A stretch of 64,000 nt of DNA from Zygnema circumcarinatum SAG 698-1b (lineage: Eukaryota; Plantae; Zygnematophyceae): the NCBI GenBank assembly GCA_037447605.1, contig CM074809.1, positions 858,689 to 922,688 on the forward strand, read 5' to 3'. Position 1 is the stretch's first letter. Each line of letters starts with the position of its first letter. The notes under the pieces were generated by a model. The model saw only the letters and a list, made by a program, of their open reading frames with translations. It was not told where the DNA came from and did no database searches. A program made the position numbers and the translations under genes. Positions 23,417 through 34,531 of this stretch are shown here, piece by piece.

Positions 23417-25290
23417 TTTTTATTCATTTATAGTTTTTGTGTTTGTGCTTTTGCTTTTCCTCTGCCCCTCTGGCATTTTTGTACTGTAACCTATTCCGCC
23501 GTACGGACGGGACAGACAGGTTCCGCGGTTTCCGATCCGAATTCTGCAATCGAAATCGTACCTTTTCGCCGGCGAAATCTTTCCATTCCGCCGGCGATGG
23601 TCAAGGTTTGACTCCCCGTAGTAGGGTTGGGGGCACGGTCCCCCTCCGACCCGTGCCCAGGGGCACGTGCCCCCCCCCCCCCCCCCCCCCCTTGGGGGGG
23701 GGGCATGCCCCTTTTTCGTGCCCCGTGACGTGACTGCATTGAGCAATTCAAATCGGCCCCAAAAAGAATATAATATTTTTAAAACGGTACGGTTGAAGGT
23801 ACGGAAAGTACAGATGAATGTACTAAACGTACGAATCAAGGTACAAATGTACGGAAAATATGAAAAGTACGGACAGTACTCGACACAACAATCGTCACCG
23901 GCCCGGGCCCAGTCGTACGAGGTAAGCGTCACGTGACAGGGGGCACGGGGGGGCACGAAAAATATGGGGAAAATTTTTGGAGGCGTGCCCCGGGCACGGA
24001 CGGTCAAAAATGGGGGGCATGCCCCCCCCCCNNNNNNNNNNTAACGTATTAGGGGTGTTAACCTAACCTGACCTATTCTCCAATACAAAATCTGTTAATC
24101 GAAACGGATTTCAAACATGGGTCACGCTTTTACGCTGTACGGTAAGTACGAATAAAATCTCTAAGTCGTACGGTATACGTACGGCACCAATAGGAGCTCG
24201 TGTATCTAAATCACGGTACGATACGACACGATACGATACGTACGAACAGACATGAACTCTAACATAATACCGCTCGCCTATTGGTAACACGGACCTTATA
24301 TTTGCAAATTACAATATTTTCGCCCAGTATTTGCCGAAGCCATGGCGAAAATATTATGGGGGTCCACTGTATCGGCATGGGGGACCGGCAGCAGGGCTGT
24401 CCAATGGCAGACTGCCACGTGGCAACCTCTGACCCAAACGGGTCAGGTGAGGACAACGTTTCCGTAGGCTCGCCGCATCTCGCGGGCCACGCCGCGATGC
24501 GCGGCGCCGTACGTCGGTGCACAGTCGGATCCTATCCTGCGCGCGAGGTGCGGGGTCCGATTGTCTACAAGATCTCTCCTCCCGAAAGATCCAAGGGGGG
24601 GGGGGGAGGGGGATGATTAGCCAAAACAATTTTTCCCAAAAGGGGGCGCCGATATCCAAAAAGTGGGGCCGCTGTATCATTTTCCTTTTTATTCATTTAT
24701 AGTTTTTGTGTTTGTGCTTTTGCTTTTCCTCTGCCCCTCTGGCATTTTTGTACTGTAACCTATTCCGCCGTACGGACGGGACAGACAGGTTCCGCGGTTT
24801 CCGATCCGAATTCTGCAATCGAAATCGTACCTTTTCGCCGGCGAAATCTTTCCATTCCGCCGGCGATGGTCAAGGTTTGACTCCCCGTAGTAGGGTTGGG
24901 GGCACGGTCCCCCTCCGACCCGTGCCCAGGGGCACGTGCCCCCCCCCCCCTTGGGGGGGGGGCATGCCCCTTTTTCGTGCCCCGTGACGTGACTGCATTG
25001 AGCAATTCAAATCGGCCCCAAAAAGAATATAATATTTTTAAAACGGTACGGTTGAAGGTACGGAAAGTACAGATGAATGTACTAAACGTACGAATCAAGG
25101 TACAAATGTACGGAAAATATGAAAAGTACGGACAGTACTCGACACAACAATCGTCACCGGCCCGGGCCCAGTCGTACGAGGTAAGCGTCACGTGACAGGG
25201 GGCACGGGGGGGCACGAAAAATATGGGGAAAATTTTTGGAGGCGTGCCCCGGGCACGGACGGTCAAAAATGGGGGGCATGCCCCCCCCCC
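22773..25290 (+). repeat. 1.26-kb tandem duplication flanking a 10-N gap (probable assembly artefact)
   Basis: 22773-24031 equals 24042-~25290 (offset 1269) apart from homopolymer lengths; Ns at 24032-24041. Confidence 0.85.
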
Positions 25291-25323
25291 GGGCATGCCC
25301 GTGCCCCCGTGCCCCCAACCCTA
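24891..25323. mobile_element. hAT-type MITE (433 bp); gap-truncated copy at 23622-24031
   Basis: Perfect 17-bp TIR TAGGGTTGGGGGCACGG; perfect 8-bp TSD CCCCGTAG (24883-24890 and 25324-25331). Confidence 0.9.
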
Positions 25324-26009
25324 CCCCGTAGTATACTAAATTCGGAAATTTAGTACGCTCCGGGCCAAGTCTGACCCTCCCCCCCTATTATTGCGCTGAA
25401 GAAGGGAAGGGAAGGTGGCATCTCATGAATGCTGACGTCATGCTGTTGAGTCAGCAATCTTGCTATCTTTTTTCTTTCAAAAAAACCTCTCTTTTGGACT
25501 CAACTTTTCCTAACCTTTGGGCGTATGCCATGCGTATGACACAGGTTGGCACTCATCGAGCTCCTTCAAAACATCATGGCAAGATTTGCGGCCTGTCAGC
25601 TCAATTGTCTCTCTATTGGAGTGGCCAATCGTGGCAGGTTGCTCCCCTCTCCAATGGGTAGTTTTGTAATGCTTCAGAACCGCGCAGACTCAACTCAAAC
25701 CTAAAGCAAAGCACCAAGTCATCTTTCTCTAACAAGGCGTCAAACTTGGGCTTGCAAGCAGCATGTATGAACGTGGAAAGGAGAATGAGCCAAAGTGGAG
25801 AGACACTTGGAGACAAAGTGACTCCATTAGAGGCTCCCTTTGACATCTCGGACAAAATCAATCGAGAGATTAAGATTCGACCATTGATTGCTTCATTAAA
25901 CTTCGAATTGGCGACGCTGCGCTGGCAAAAATAACCATTCAAAAGGTTGTCGCTACAACCACAACAATATCCGCAATATGTACAGCAATACTCTGCTGAG
26001 GCATCATGC

Positions 26010-27143
26010 CTACTTGTACCATCTCATTAAGGAAGCCCTCCAAACCCTCCATACGTAGATTGCAACGATCAGGCTGCCCACTAGTAATAAGGGCCACCCT
26101 GGTCCCTCTTGCTTCAATCGCCTCATATGATCAACACGACCAGAATCCATTGATACGAATCCCGCCAACAACGCGAAAGCAAAAACGGTGGCTCCCAATG
26201 TCATGACGGTGGAGTTCCATTTAACATACGAAGAGGGCTGCAAAATGGAAAGAAAAGGAAGTTAAGGGCACAGCAGACCTTGTTTCAACCGGAGGCTTCA
26301 TTCAGGGGAACAATGTTCTTAGCTGAATAGTTTAGTGTCGAATCTAAGTTTTAGACGAAAGATGCACAATTCTGCCTCTCCGTCTCCCTGATTTTGCCCT
26401 CCCCGCCCACCCTTCCGATCTCCTTTCCCATACTCCCAACTGTAATTCCCTCCCTTCATGTTTCCCTCTGCTCTCCGATCTAGGCTGTCAAACCAGCCTT
26501 TCTTGCTTTTATCTCCGTCAAGAGCTTCTCTCTCCTCTCTCCGTGTCGTAATCTTCTTCTCTGCCACCCCTCATTTTCCAATTTCTTCTGCCCTCGCTCA
26601 CTCACTCCTTCCTCATTACTCCATCCCTCGTTTCGCTCATCTAACCTCTCTGCTCTTCCTTCCCTCCCAGTTACCTACACTCACCTCTCCTCCCACCCTC
26701 CCTCCCTCACTCCTTCCCTCGCTTCTTCCCTCCCCCGCCAACCCCCCATTGCTCTCCTTTCCCCCTTCCCCATTTCCTTTTCCTCACTCACCGCCTTTCC
26801 CCTCCCAACCTCTTTATCCTCCCATATATGCCCCCACTACCCACTGACATAATCCCCTTGCCCTTACCTGCGGCTCTCCATCCAGGCGAATGATCATCCC
26901 CTCCTTCCCTGAGTATGTCGTCCTAGAAAGCCCATTCTTCTTGTCCGGCACGAGCTCCATTCCCCTCCCTGAAACTACGGAAAATGCATACAGCCCCTTC
27001 ATATTATACGCCTTCATAATGCCCGCCACGTCAATCCTGTTCGGCTCCCATCCCTTCAGATTCACCATGAACTGATGCTTAGGCCCCTGCCCCCTCTCAT
27101 ACAGATGCACCTCCGCCTGCGGCTGCTTCTGCAGCACTCCCAT
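26010..27143 (-). CDS. Plant-conserved uncharacterised membrane protein (167 aa, two C-terminal TM segments)
   Basis: Exons 27143-26868 and 26237-26010 (phase 0). EVHLYERGQGP...IRLDGEPQ resembles an uncharacterised land-plant family (EVHLF.QG.GP...IDGEP) as I recall it; hydrophobic C-terminal helices. Confidence 0.8.
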
Positions 27144-27913
27144 TCTCTCTCCCTTCCTTCCTCTCGTCCTCACGCGAGCATGCAGAGAGAGAGAGAGAGA
27201 GAGGAGGCGGAGGCAGGTTCGGCAGAGAGATGAGAGCAGTGGGAAGAGCGAGCGCAGAGAGGAGAGGAGGGAGGGAAAACAAACCGAGGGCTTTGAATAA
27301 GTTGTGCGCCAAGATCCAGTAGGTCCACTTCTCCGGATCAACGCTTTTCGAGGCGAATCATAACTTGATCTCACAGCATCGAGTCGCATACAGTGTATCG
27401 GGTCGGAATCACGACTTGACTCGACAGGATTTAACTTCTGTTGAACTTGAGGTTGGAAAGATCAACGGTGGATACTACTGTAATGTAATATGACGAGAGG
27501 CGTTAACTTTAGTTCCACCTTTTCTAGGAGTGCGGTTGATCGGCGAGTCCACCGAAACGTTGATCCGACTGGAGAACCTTGGCGGCCCTTCCACGGAATT
27601 GGTGTTTCTGCCAAAGCTTAATAGAGGCGCCTCTGCCGTGGGAGGGAGAGGCAGGGGGAGAGGGAGGGGGAGAGAGGAAATGAGAGATTGTGAGGCCTGC
27701 AGTGAGAATACGTTCGTGACTGCGTAAATTTGGAGAGCTGGAAGTCGTACTCGGGGCTTTGCTTGCAGAAGTTGGCGAAGAGATGGGGGAGAAGTAGAGC
27801 GGAGGAGAGAGGTTGTTTATGAGAGGTTGAGAGTCTCGCTTGCTTGAAATTCCTTGGAGATTATAGAGAGTTTTTTTTTTTTTCTCCTCTCTGTTCGAGT
27901 AAAATAGGGAGCG

Positions 27914-30900
27914 ATGGAAGCGGAGCAACTGAAAACGTTCATGGATATCAGTGGAGCAGATGAGGCAGAAGCGAGACATGCACTGGAGGTATGGCCGTTA
28001 TGAATGATCCAGCTGATTGGAGTAAACAAGGAACTCTGAAAATCTTCGGTCCTGAAGTGAAAGTTGAATTTATGGCCAACTGTAAGTCTGCTGCTGTTCT
28101 CTTATATTTTAGTGCAGCTTGCCAGAGAGTCCTTAGAGGGAAGGTAACAAGGGGTCCAAATTTTGTGAGAGGAAGTCAACGAAAGCACGTCTACGTATGA
28201 GTTGCGAGCCTTGCCAGATTCGAAGGAGGTTCTTTCTCCGTTTTTATGCAAGTTTATGAGGATAGATTGGGGATCTTGAAAGGTAGAGGTGAAGTTGTTT
28301 TTAAAACTGATGTACCTGGAGTTGTTTCTTGGTTTCATGGCAACAGCCAACTGTCAACAGTCTTGTATTGCGTTGAAATTACGTTTTCCTTTTGCACGTT
28401 AGGAAAACAGCTAGACTCATCTTACCTTGCTGTATAGGACGATCATATTGGTATCCTTGTCGGTAGACTGTAGAGGCGAGAAGCAGGGGTTATGGCTACG
28501 TCTTCTTCTCTTGCTTGCTAACCTTGGAAAGTCTTAAGTTCTTGCACAGAAGTTATTGTTTGTCGCATTGCATAGTTGAACAGTGCAGTGATACTGGTAG
28601 CGAAAATGTTCTGAATATCAGAAGGTGGGAGACCATGGTCCATGAGCATTTCTGTTGCTGGTGAAGCTGACATGCAAACTGTTATGTTCAACAGGCATTT
28701 GGATGGGACCTCAATGCGGCAGTTAACCATTTTTTGGAGCATGGAGCAGCAGATGTTTTTCAAAGGTGAGATTTCGTTGTCATTTGTTACTGCTCTGGCC
28801 TTCGGGGTTGGGAGCTGCTTTGACCTATTATGGGATAACCAGCCATTTTTTTTTGCCAAATTGCACTAGCCATTTTTAAGATTTGGGAGAATCGGACCGG
28901 GGGAGGAACCAGACTCAGTGTAGGGTCAGCCAAATTGGAGGGAAGTACAGGTTTGCAAATTCACAGATATGAATAAAATCATTCATTATCCCTTTTATTA
29001 ATGTGAACCAGAATAGTACATCAATTTTTTGGATGTTTATCTTTTTGCTAAATACGGCATACTGCCATTGCAGGCCACCAGAAGCGGTGCCAGATGTAAC
29101 AAGGGAAGCTGATCTTCGGCAAGTTGGAAATGACGTTGTTCACAACTCGTCTGGCAGCCGGTCCACTGCAATACCTGCCGCAAGTCCTGAACCATTTTGG
29201 AGACGGAATGATGATGTGTTTGAAGGTGCCAGGGCAGGGCCTTCACCAGTGAGAGTAGAGCCTGTAGTTGATTCTTACTTAGGTGGATTTGGTGATCAAG
29301 TTGGTACTCGAATGGAGCCAAGTCCGCGTGTCAGCCACCCCCCGGATGTGCTGCAAGTGCCTATTCTATGGAAGGACGGCAATGATCCCGCTGAACCGAA
29401 TGCAGGACGGTTTGGTTTATTGGCACCCAGAATTGAAGAGCTTCCAGCAGATGCAGAGGTTGAGGGTACAGGAGCCTCAGCAAGAGCTTATTATGAAGAG
29501 GGAGAGGAAGATGATGCATTGTCTAGCAGGAATGCTTTCAATAATGGTGCTTCAACCCAAGTTGTGAGCCCCCCACTCACAGAACCTGAAGAGGACCGTG
29601 CAGTTTCAGGGGCACGGGCACGGGAATATGCTGATTATGGTGTAGGATCAGCCTTGGGCGCTGGTGATGATGAAGAGATGTTGAGAGTTGCCATTGAGAA
29701 GTCCAAACAGGAAGCAGAAGATTCTGAAGCAAGAAGGTTTCAGAATTCGGTAAGTCTGGCTTCGACTATGATGCTGACGCTTATTGAAGTAAGAATTCGA
29801 GTATTTGATAACGTTTCTAATCAGACGTTTGCAAAGTCAGCAGCCACTGGAAATGTTGATGTCGTCTTTGACGCATGTAGCTGGAATCATTTACTTCGTT
29901 CCGATGTATGATGGGAGTGTGCATGTTTCTTGGTTTATTAATGTTTTTTCTTTTGATCTGCAGCTAGCTGCAGATGATGCTGACAGAATGGACGATGGAG
30001 AAGAAGATCCAGACGTGGCACGTGCAATGGCCCTTTCCATAGAGGTGAGCTAAGATGAACAACAGATGTTTTCATGTATGGTCCCTTGCTCTTTCATGTT
30101 TGATTCTGGCGATCAATTGTGTTGAAAAAAAGTCATATCAGTCTACAAAACCTAGCATAGCTTAAATGTTAACGCAGCGAGTTCATGTTAAATGTTTGGT
30201 GTGGGTGTTGACCTTTAACAGTCACAGTAAATGTGTAGGCTTGATCGGTGTACTACATCATGAGGTGATAAACAACATTGTTTAGGTGCGCTTATTTTTC
30301 CCAGTATTTGGAGGTGTACTTGCAGACTGCAAACTTGGAGAGAGCCAGGCGCGAAGAAGCTCTCGTCAGTGACACAAATCGTGGTGGCGCGGATATGGAC
30401 ATTGACTTTAGTGATGATAAAGAAAATAAAGGTGACCTTGGGAGGTGAGATGATGGCTGAGGTCAATCATTCTTCTTTTCTAGCACCTGAAAGAGATTGA
30501 AGCTCAAGAACAGAGACTCAGTCGTTGCAACTTTCTACCCAGGCTTCGTAAATTACTCTGACAAACGTATTTTCGTCGCAGGACAAGAATGGTCCCTTGT
30601 CAACTGTAGTTTATGACTTGTGATAGTTCATTACATCTTGCTCACGTGTTTGGTTTGTCTTATGCTTATGGCAGTGCTGTGGCGAAAATCGATGAGCGAC
30701 CTCATCAGTTAGCGGCGTCCATCAACTTAGAAGATGAGGAGGAGGAGGAAGTGGAAGAGGCAGAGCCCTTAGTCAGGAGGCGCACACATGGAAGAAGAGC
30801 GTCACCAATCGGGCGATCTATTTGGCCAACAGCAGAGCAGTTTGATGATGCTCCTCAGGCTCAGCCATACAGTGGAGAGAGGGTCGTTTCACACGCCAGG

Positions 30901-33160
30901 AATGGTAGCTGGGCAGGCATGGAGGACGTGGGTCATCAGAGTTACCTTCCTGATGATGAGGTAAGTCTGCTGGAGGTGCTACAGAGAATTGGATGGTTAG
31001 TGCGTATAGATGTCCATTTGGACTCGAGTGGGCAATCCCCAATTTCGAGCATCCTTTTAGACCTTTTGCCTGACATTGACCTTGTTTGTAGAGAGTCTTT
31101 TTTGTATATGCAACTACTGCTTTCTGCAACTACTACTTTGTTGGCTTAACGTGGCAGTCAGTCTTGAACATTTACTTATCTGGCTGCACCTCCTCAACTT
31201 TTTATATGTTGATCTTGGGGATTTTGCATGTGAATATAGCTGGCGGGAGTGTCTGCGGAGGAACAAGAAGAAGCCAAGATGATTGAAGCAGCCATGTTCG
31301 GTGTTCCCTATGTCCCCCGAAATGGAGGGGCTGTTGCTGGTCCTGCGAACTATCCTATTCCACCTGGTCTCGCAGCCCACCTTGGTTCTATTGCAGGCCG
31401 GTTCCCCGTGTCACCTCGGCATGTGGGCTATGGGGTGTATGAGGACAGTGACGATGGGGAGGAAGAAGGGTTTTTGCGGAGACAGGCTCCTGAGCCACCT
31501 TCGGAGGCTGTTATTGAACAGCGGCTGTTGAGGGAACAGCAGGTATAGTAGAGTGATTTCTGAGAAAATCATGTCTTCAAGAACGCTACACCTGTTTGTG
31601 AAATGTCTTGACTTTGTTGATATCTCAGAGTGTGAGGAAGGTAATAGTATTCAGACAATTGTACATTCAACCAGCGTGCGGTCGTCACAAAGAGTATGAT
31701 GGAGGCTTTTGCTGTTTGTTTAGGTCCTTATTTATACCTAATCAAGTTGTCAAGTCACTTTTTCATTTGAGAGTTGGGCATTCAACAGGATGACGAATAC
31801 ATGGCTTCACTCGTAGCAGATCGTGAGAAGGAGGAGCGAGCTGAGCTAGAGAAGGAGGCAGCTCGAAGAGCAGCTGAAGCTGAGGAAGAAAGGCAGAGGG
31901 AGGAGGCAGATTTGGCACAGAAAGCAGCTGAGGTGAGTATATCATATGTAGCTGACGAAGGGCCTGAATGTGCTTTTCTGGCTACGTACTTGAATATTCC
32001 AGATGCCTCTCGTAAACTCGTCTATCAGACAGTATGTTGAAGTGTTTTGCCGCACAAATCCAGCAAGTCGAAAGACCGACATCTAGTGATAGAAGTAGGA
32101 TGTGACAATGTACATTGAATGGTAATACAATGTATATCGAACGGAAACCACGCATGAACCAGTGTATGCTTGGTTTCTCTTCTGGTCAGGAATTGGAGCT
32201 CAAATTGAAGGCAAAGCAGGAGGCTCTGCCAACAGAGCCGTCCGCCGATGACAGTGAGGCCATCACATTGCAAGTGCGAATGCCTGATGGAAGCCGTCGG
32301 AGTCGTCGATTTCGCAAAACAGACCATCTGCAGGTATTCTCTAGCTATCTACCTATTACTCTAAGCACATCCTTCACTTTCTTACAATGTTTCTTGACGG
32401 TTAGGCCTTTTTCGGGCTCTCTTTGCTCGAAACCGAATACGAATGACAGTCACAATTCTTTGCTTCTTCTCGTACGGATAATGCATCAGCCTCTATGGCT
32501 TTTTACCGTTTGAATATTTGACGTTTTGGAAGATGGAGGCAGATTTACTACCGGGATCTTCAAACAAAAACGAGTCATTGATGTCTTCAAATATCTTGAA
32601 GTTCAATCACTAAATTTGCCGACTTGTTGATTTGGTGAAACATGGGGAGCAGGCCCTGTTCGACTTTGTGGACGTGGTTGGTGGTGTGACTCCTGGAAGC
32701 TATCGTCTGGTGTGTATTATTGTCCCACTGCCTTGTTGCTATGTTGATCGTATTGGTGGCAGAGGATCCGTGCTGGTAGTCCGGCTCACTGCATATTAAT
32801 CCGAAAAAAGACCGAGGTATAAGTATGAGTTGTTTTTTTCTCCGTTGGTGATCGCCTGAAGTATAATATTTGTGGAGGGGACGTTTTTTCCTTCTACGTC
32901 GTTATGAAGCCTGAAGTGGAAGCATTTGTAGGTCTATAGAGACGGCCCTGTGATCGAAGCATAACATCAGGAGATAAGGGTGTGAGTGAAAGAGGATGTC
33001 AATCTGAGAAGTTTCAATGCCTTTTGAAATGCTTGCTTTGCAGGTGAGGACGTATCCTCGTCGCACGTTCGCAGAGAGAAGTGGAGAAGAGGCTCAGAGC
33101 TTTGAGGAGTTGGGACTAAGTTCTAGTCGGCAGGAGACCCTCCTCTTGGAAAACATCTGA
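27914..33160 (+). CDS. PUX: Plant UBX domain protein, PUX8/9/13-type (UBA-like, two UIMs, coiled coil, UBX), ~690 aa
   Basis: 11 phase-consistent exons: 27914-27988, 28695-28765, 29074-29749, 29964-30044, 30326-30444, 30675-30960, 31240-31542, 31789-31932, 32190-32333, 32653-32709, 33044-33160. Motifs EEMLRVAIEKSK, DVARAMALS, EAAMFG, REQQDDEYMASL.ADREKE, LQVRMPDGSRRSRRF, RTYPRR. Confidence 0.9.
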
Positions 33161-34531
33161 CTTCCCTCAAAACGATGACCCAGAGCAGTTTGCCCTCCAG
33201 AATTTTGGTTAGTGAAGGCCAGCCTTGATCTCATTTTTGCAGGTCAGAATGATAGGAAGGCTGCTGCCCTGCTCTGGGAGATCTTCGACTCTTTGTGACA
33301 TGTGAAGGTGCTTAGAATGGCAATGGATCGTGCCAGGTGAACTGATGAAGGCCTTGCATTGGTGTACATATTGTCCAGAAATGGTGTAGGTCCATTCATA
33401 GAGACGAGGGTAAGGATTTTTTGGAAAACTCCTGTTTCATTGAAGTATTATAAAAAAATGTTGACATCATCTATTTCTCATCCGAATCGTGCTCTGGAAA
33501 GGAAAGATTTGTGGAAACCTGACTCCTTTCTGAGGTAGAAGGGGTGTTCACACCATTAATGCTCTAGGAGGGGTTTCAATCTTAGGGCTCGCTTCACATA
33601 AAATGAAATCGAAATCCTTACTCTTTGGTCAGCTTATAAAAGGACGAGATTCGATTTCTTTCTTTTCGACCAATTACTTCTTCTAAAATTGAAACCCCTA
33701 AGAAATCTTCAAAATCGACGTTTATTTGGACGTAGTATGTATTTAAGGATGTGGATTATGTCATTTGGGGTAGCTGTGCTGTATGGATCCATTGGCGATC
33801 TAAAAAGTAGATGTCAACTGGGCCAGTTGCAACTCCCATTTGGATGACTGCTGGCAGCAAAGGTTTCTGATTGGCTCATGTTTTCTGGATTCCCTCATGG
33901 CTCCTGAGTTCACACAGACTATGCCCTTCGGAATCTCTGTAGGAGTTCCTGATGTTCTCCTCTGATGGCTCTGTCTGCCTGCCTCTGTCTGTGCATGTCT
34001 GCTTTGTGTCAACCTGTTCACATGCACGGGTGTACAGTCTTGCAACCATTTGCAATTGGCCGCCGGATACAATTTTGCTGTTGTAGATTTCTCATTTCAA
34101 GAACATGACCTATGCAACACATTGACAAGCCAAACGGACGGCATGTCTTGTTACGTTACATGCCATCACGACATGACACGAGGAACATGTGACATGACAC
34201 CTGACACTTAAGAACATACTAAAGGAAAGGAAAATCGCATTTCACGATGGCGAGGCCATTATCGCTCCCCTGATTGGGAAACATTGCTCTTCTTATTGTG
34301 ACCCTTGGAGTCCCTTGCAATGGATAACATCAAGTAAGAATCAGTGTGGACGTTTTCAGGCACTGATCAGTGAGGCCTCGAAGTTCTGCACAATGCCTCC
34401 AAATCAGCGCTACTATACACATGGCTTTTGAATGCCAATGAGGCACCAAAGCTATACAACAAAACGTCTAGCCATGAACATCAACTTCGAGACTCATGTG
34501 ACAGTTCGAACAGTGAAATATAACTCATCCT

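Larger units (their letters stand above)
22216..25387. mobile_element. Outer non-autonomous element with a 28-bp inverted repeat (TA-flanked TIR element or Helitron2/Helentron-like), hosting nested insertions
   Basis: 22216-22243 TAGGGGGAGTCAGACCTTGACCATCGCC is inverted at 23593-23620 (and at the duplicate 24862-24889) with 2 mismatches. Hairpin TACTAAATT-CGGA-AATTTAGTA at 25334-25355, followed by a related IR-like motif at 25363-25385. Confidence 0.55.

Noticed and set aside
22428-25296. Multiple 60-220 aa ORFs in the transposon stack
   Set aside because: GC-rich inverted and duplicated TE sequence with no transposase motif; one ORF spans the N gap.
28451-28458. GTATCCTT motif in PUX intron 1
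   Set aside because: It lies inside an ordinary U2 intron, with no upstream exon or matching U12 branch site identified.
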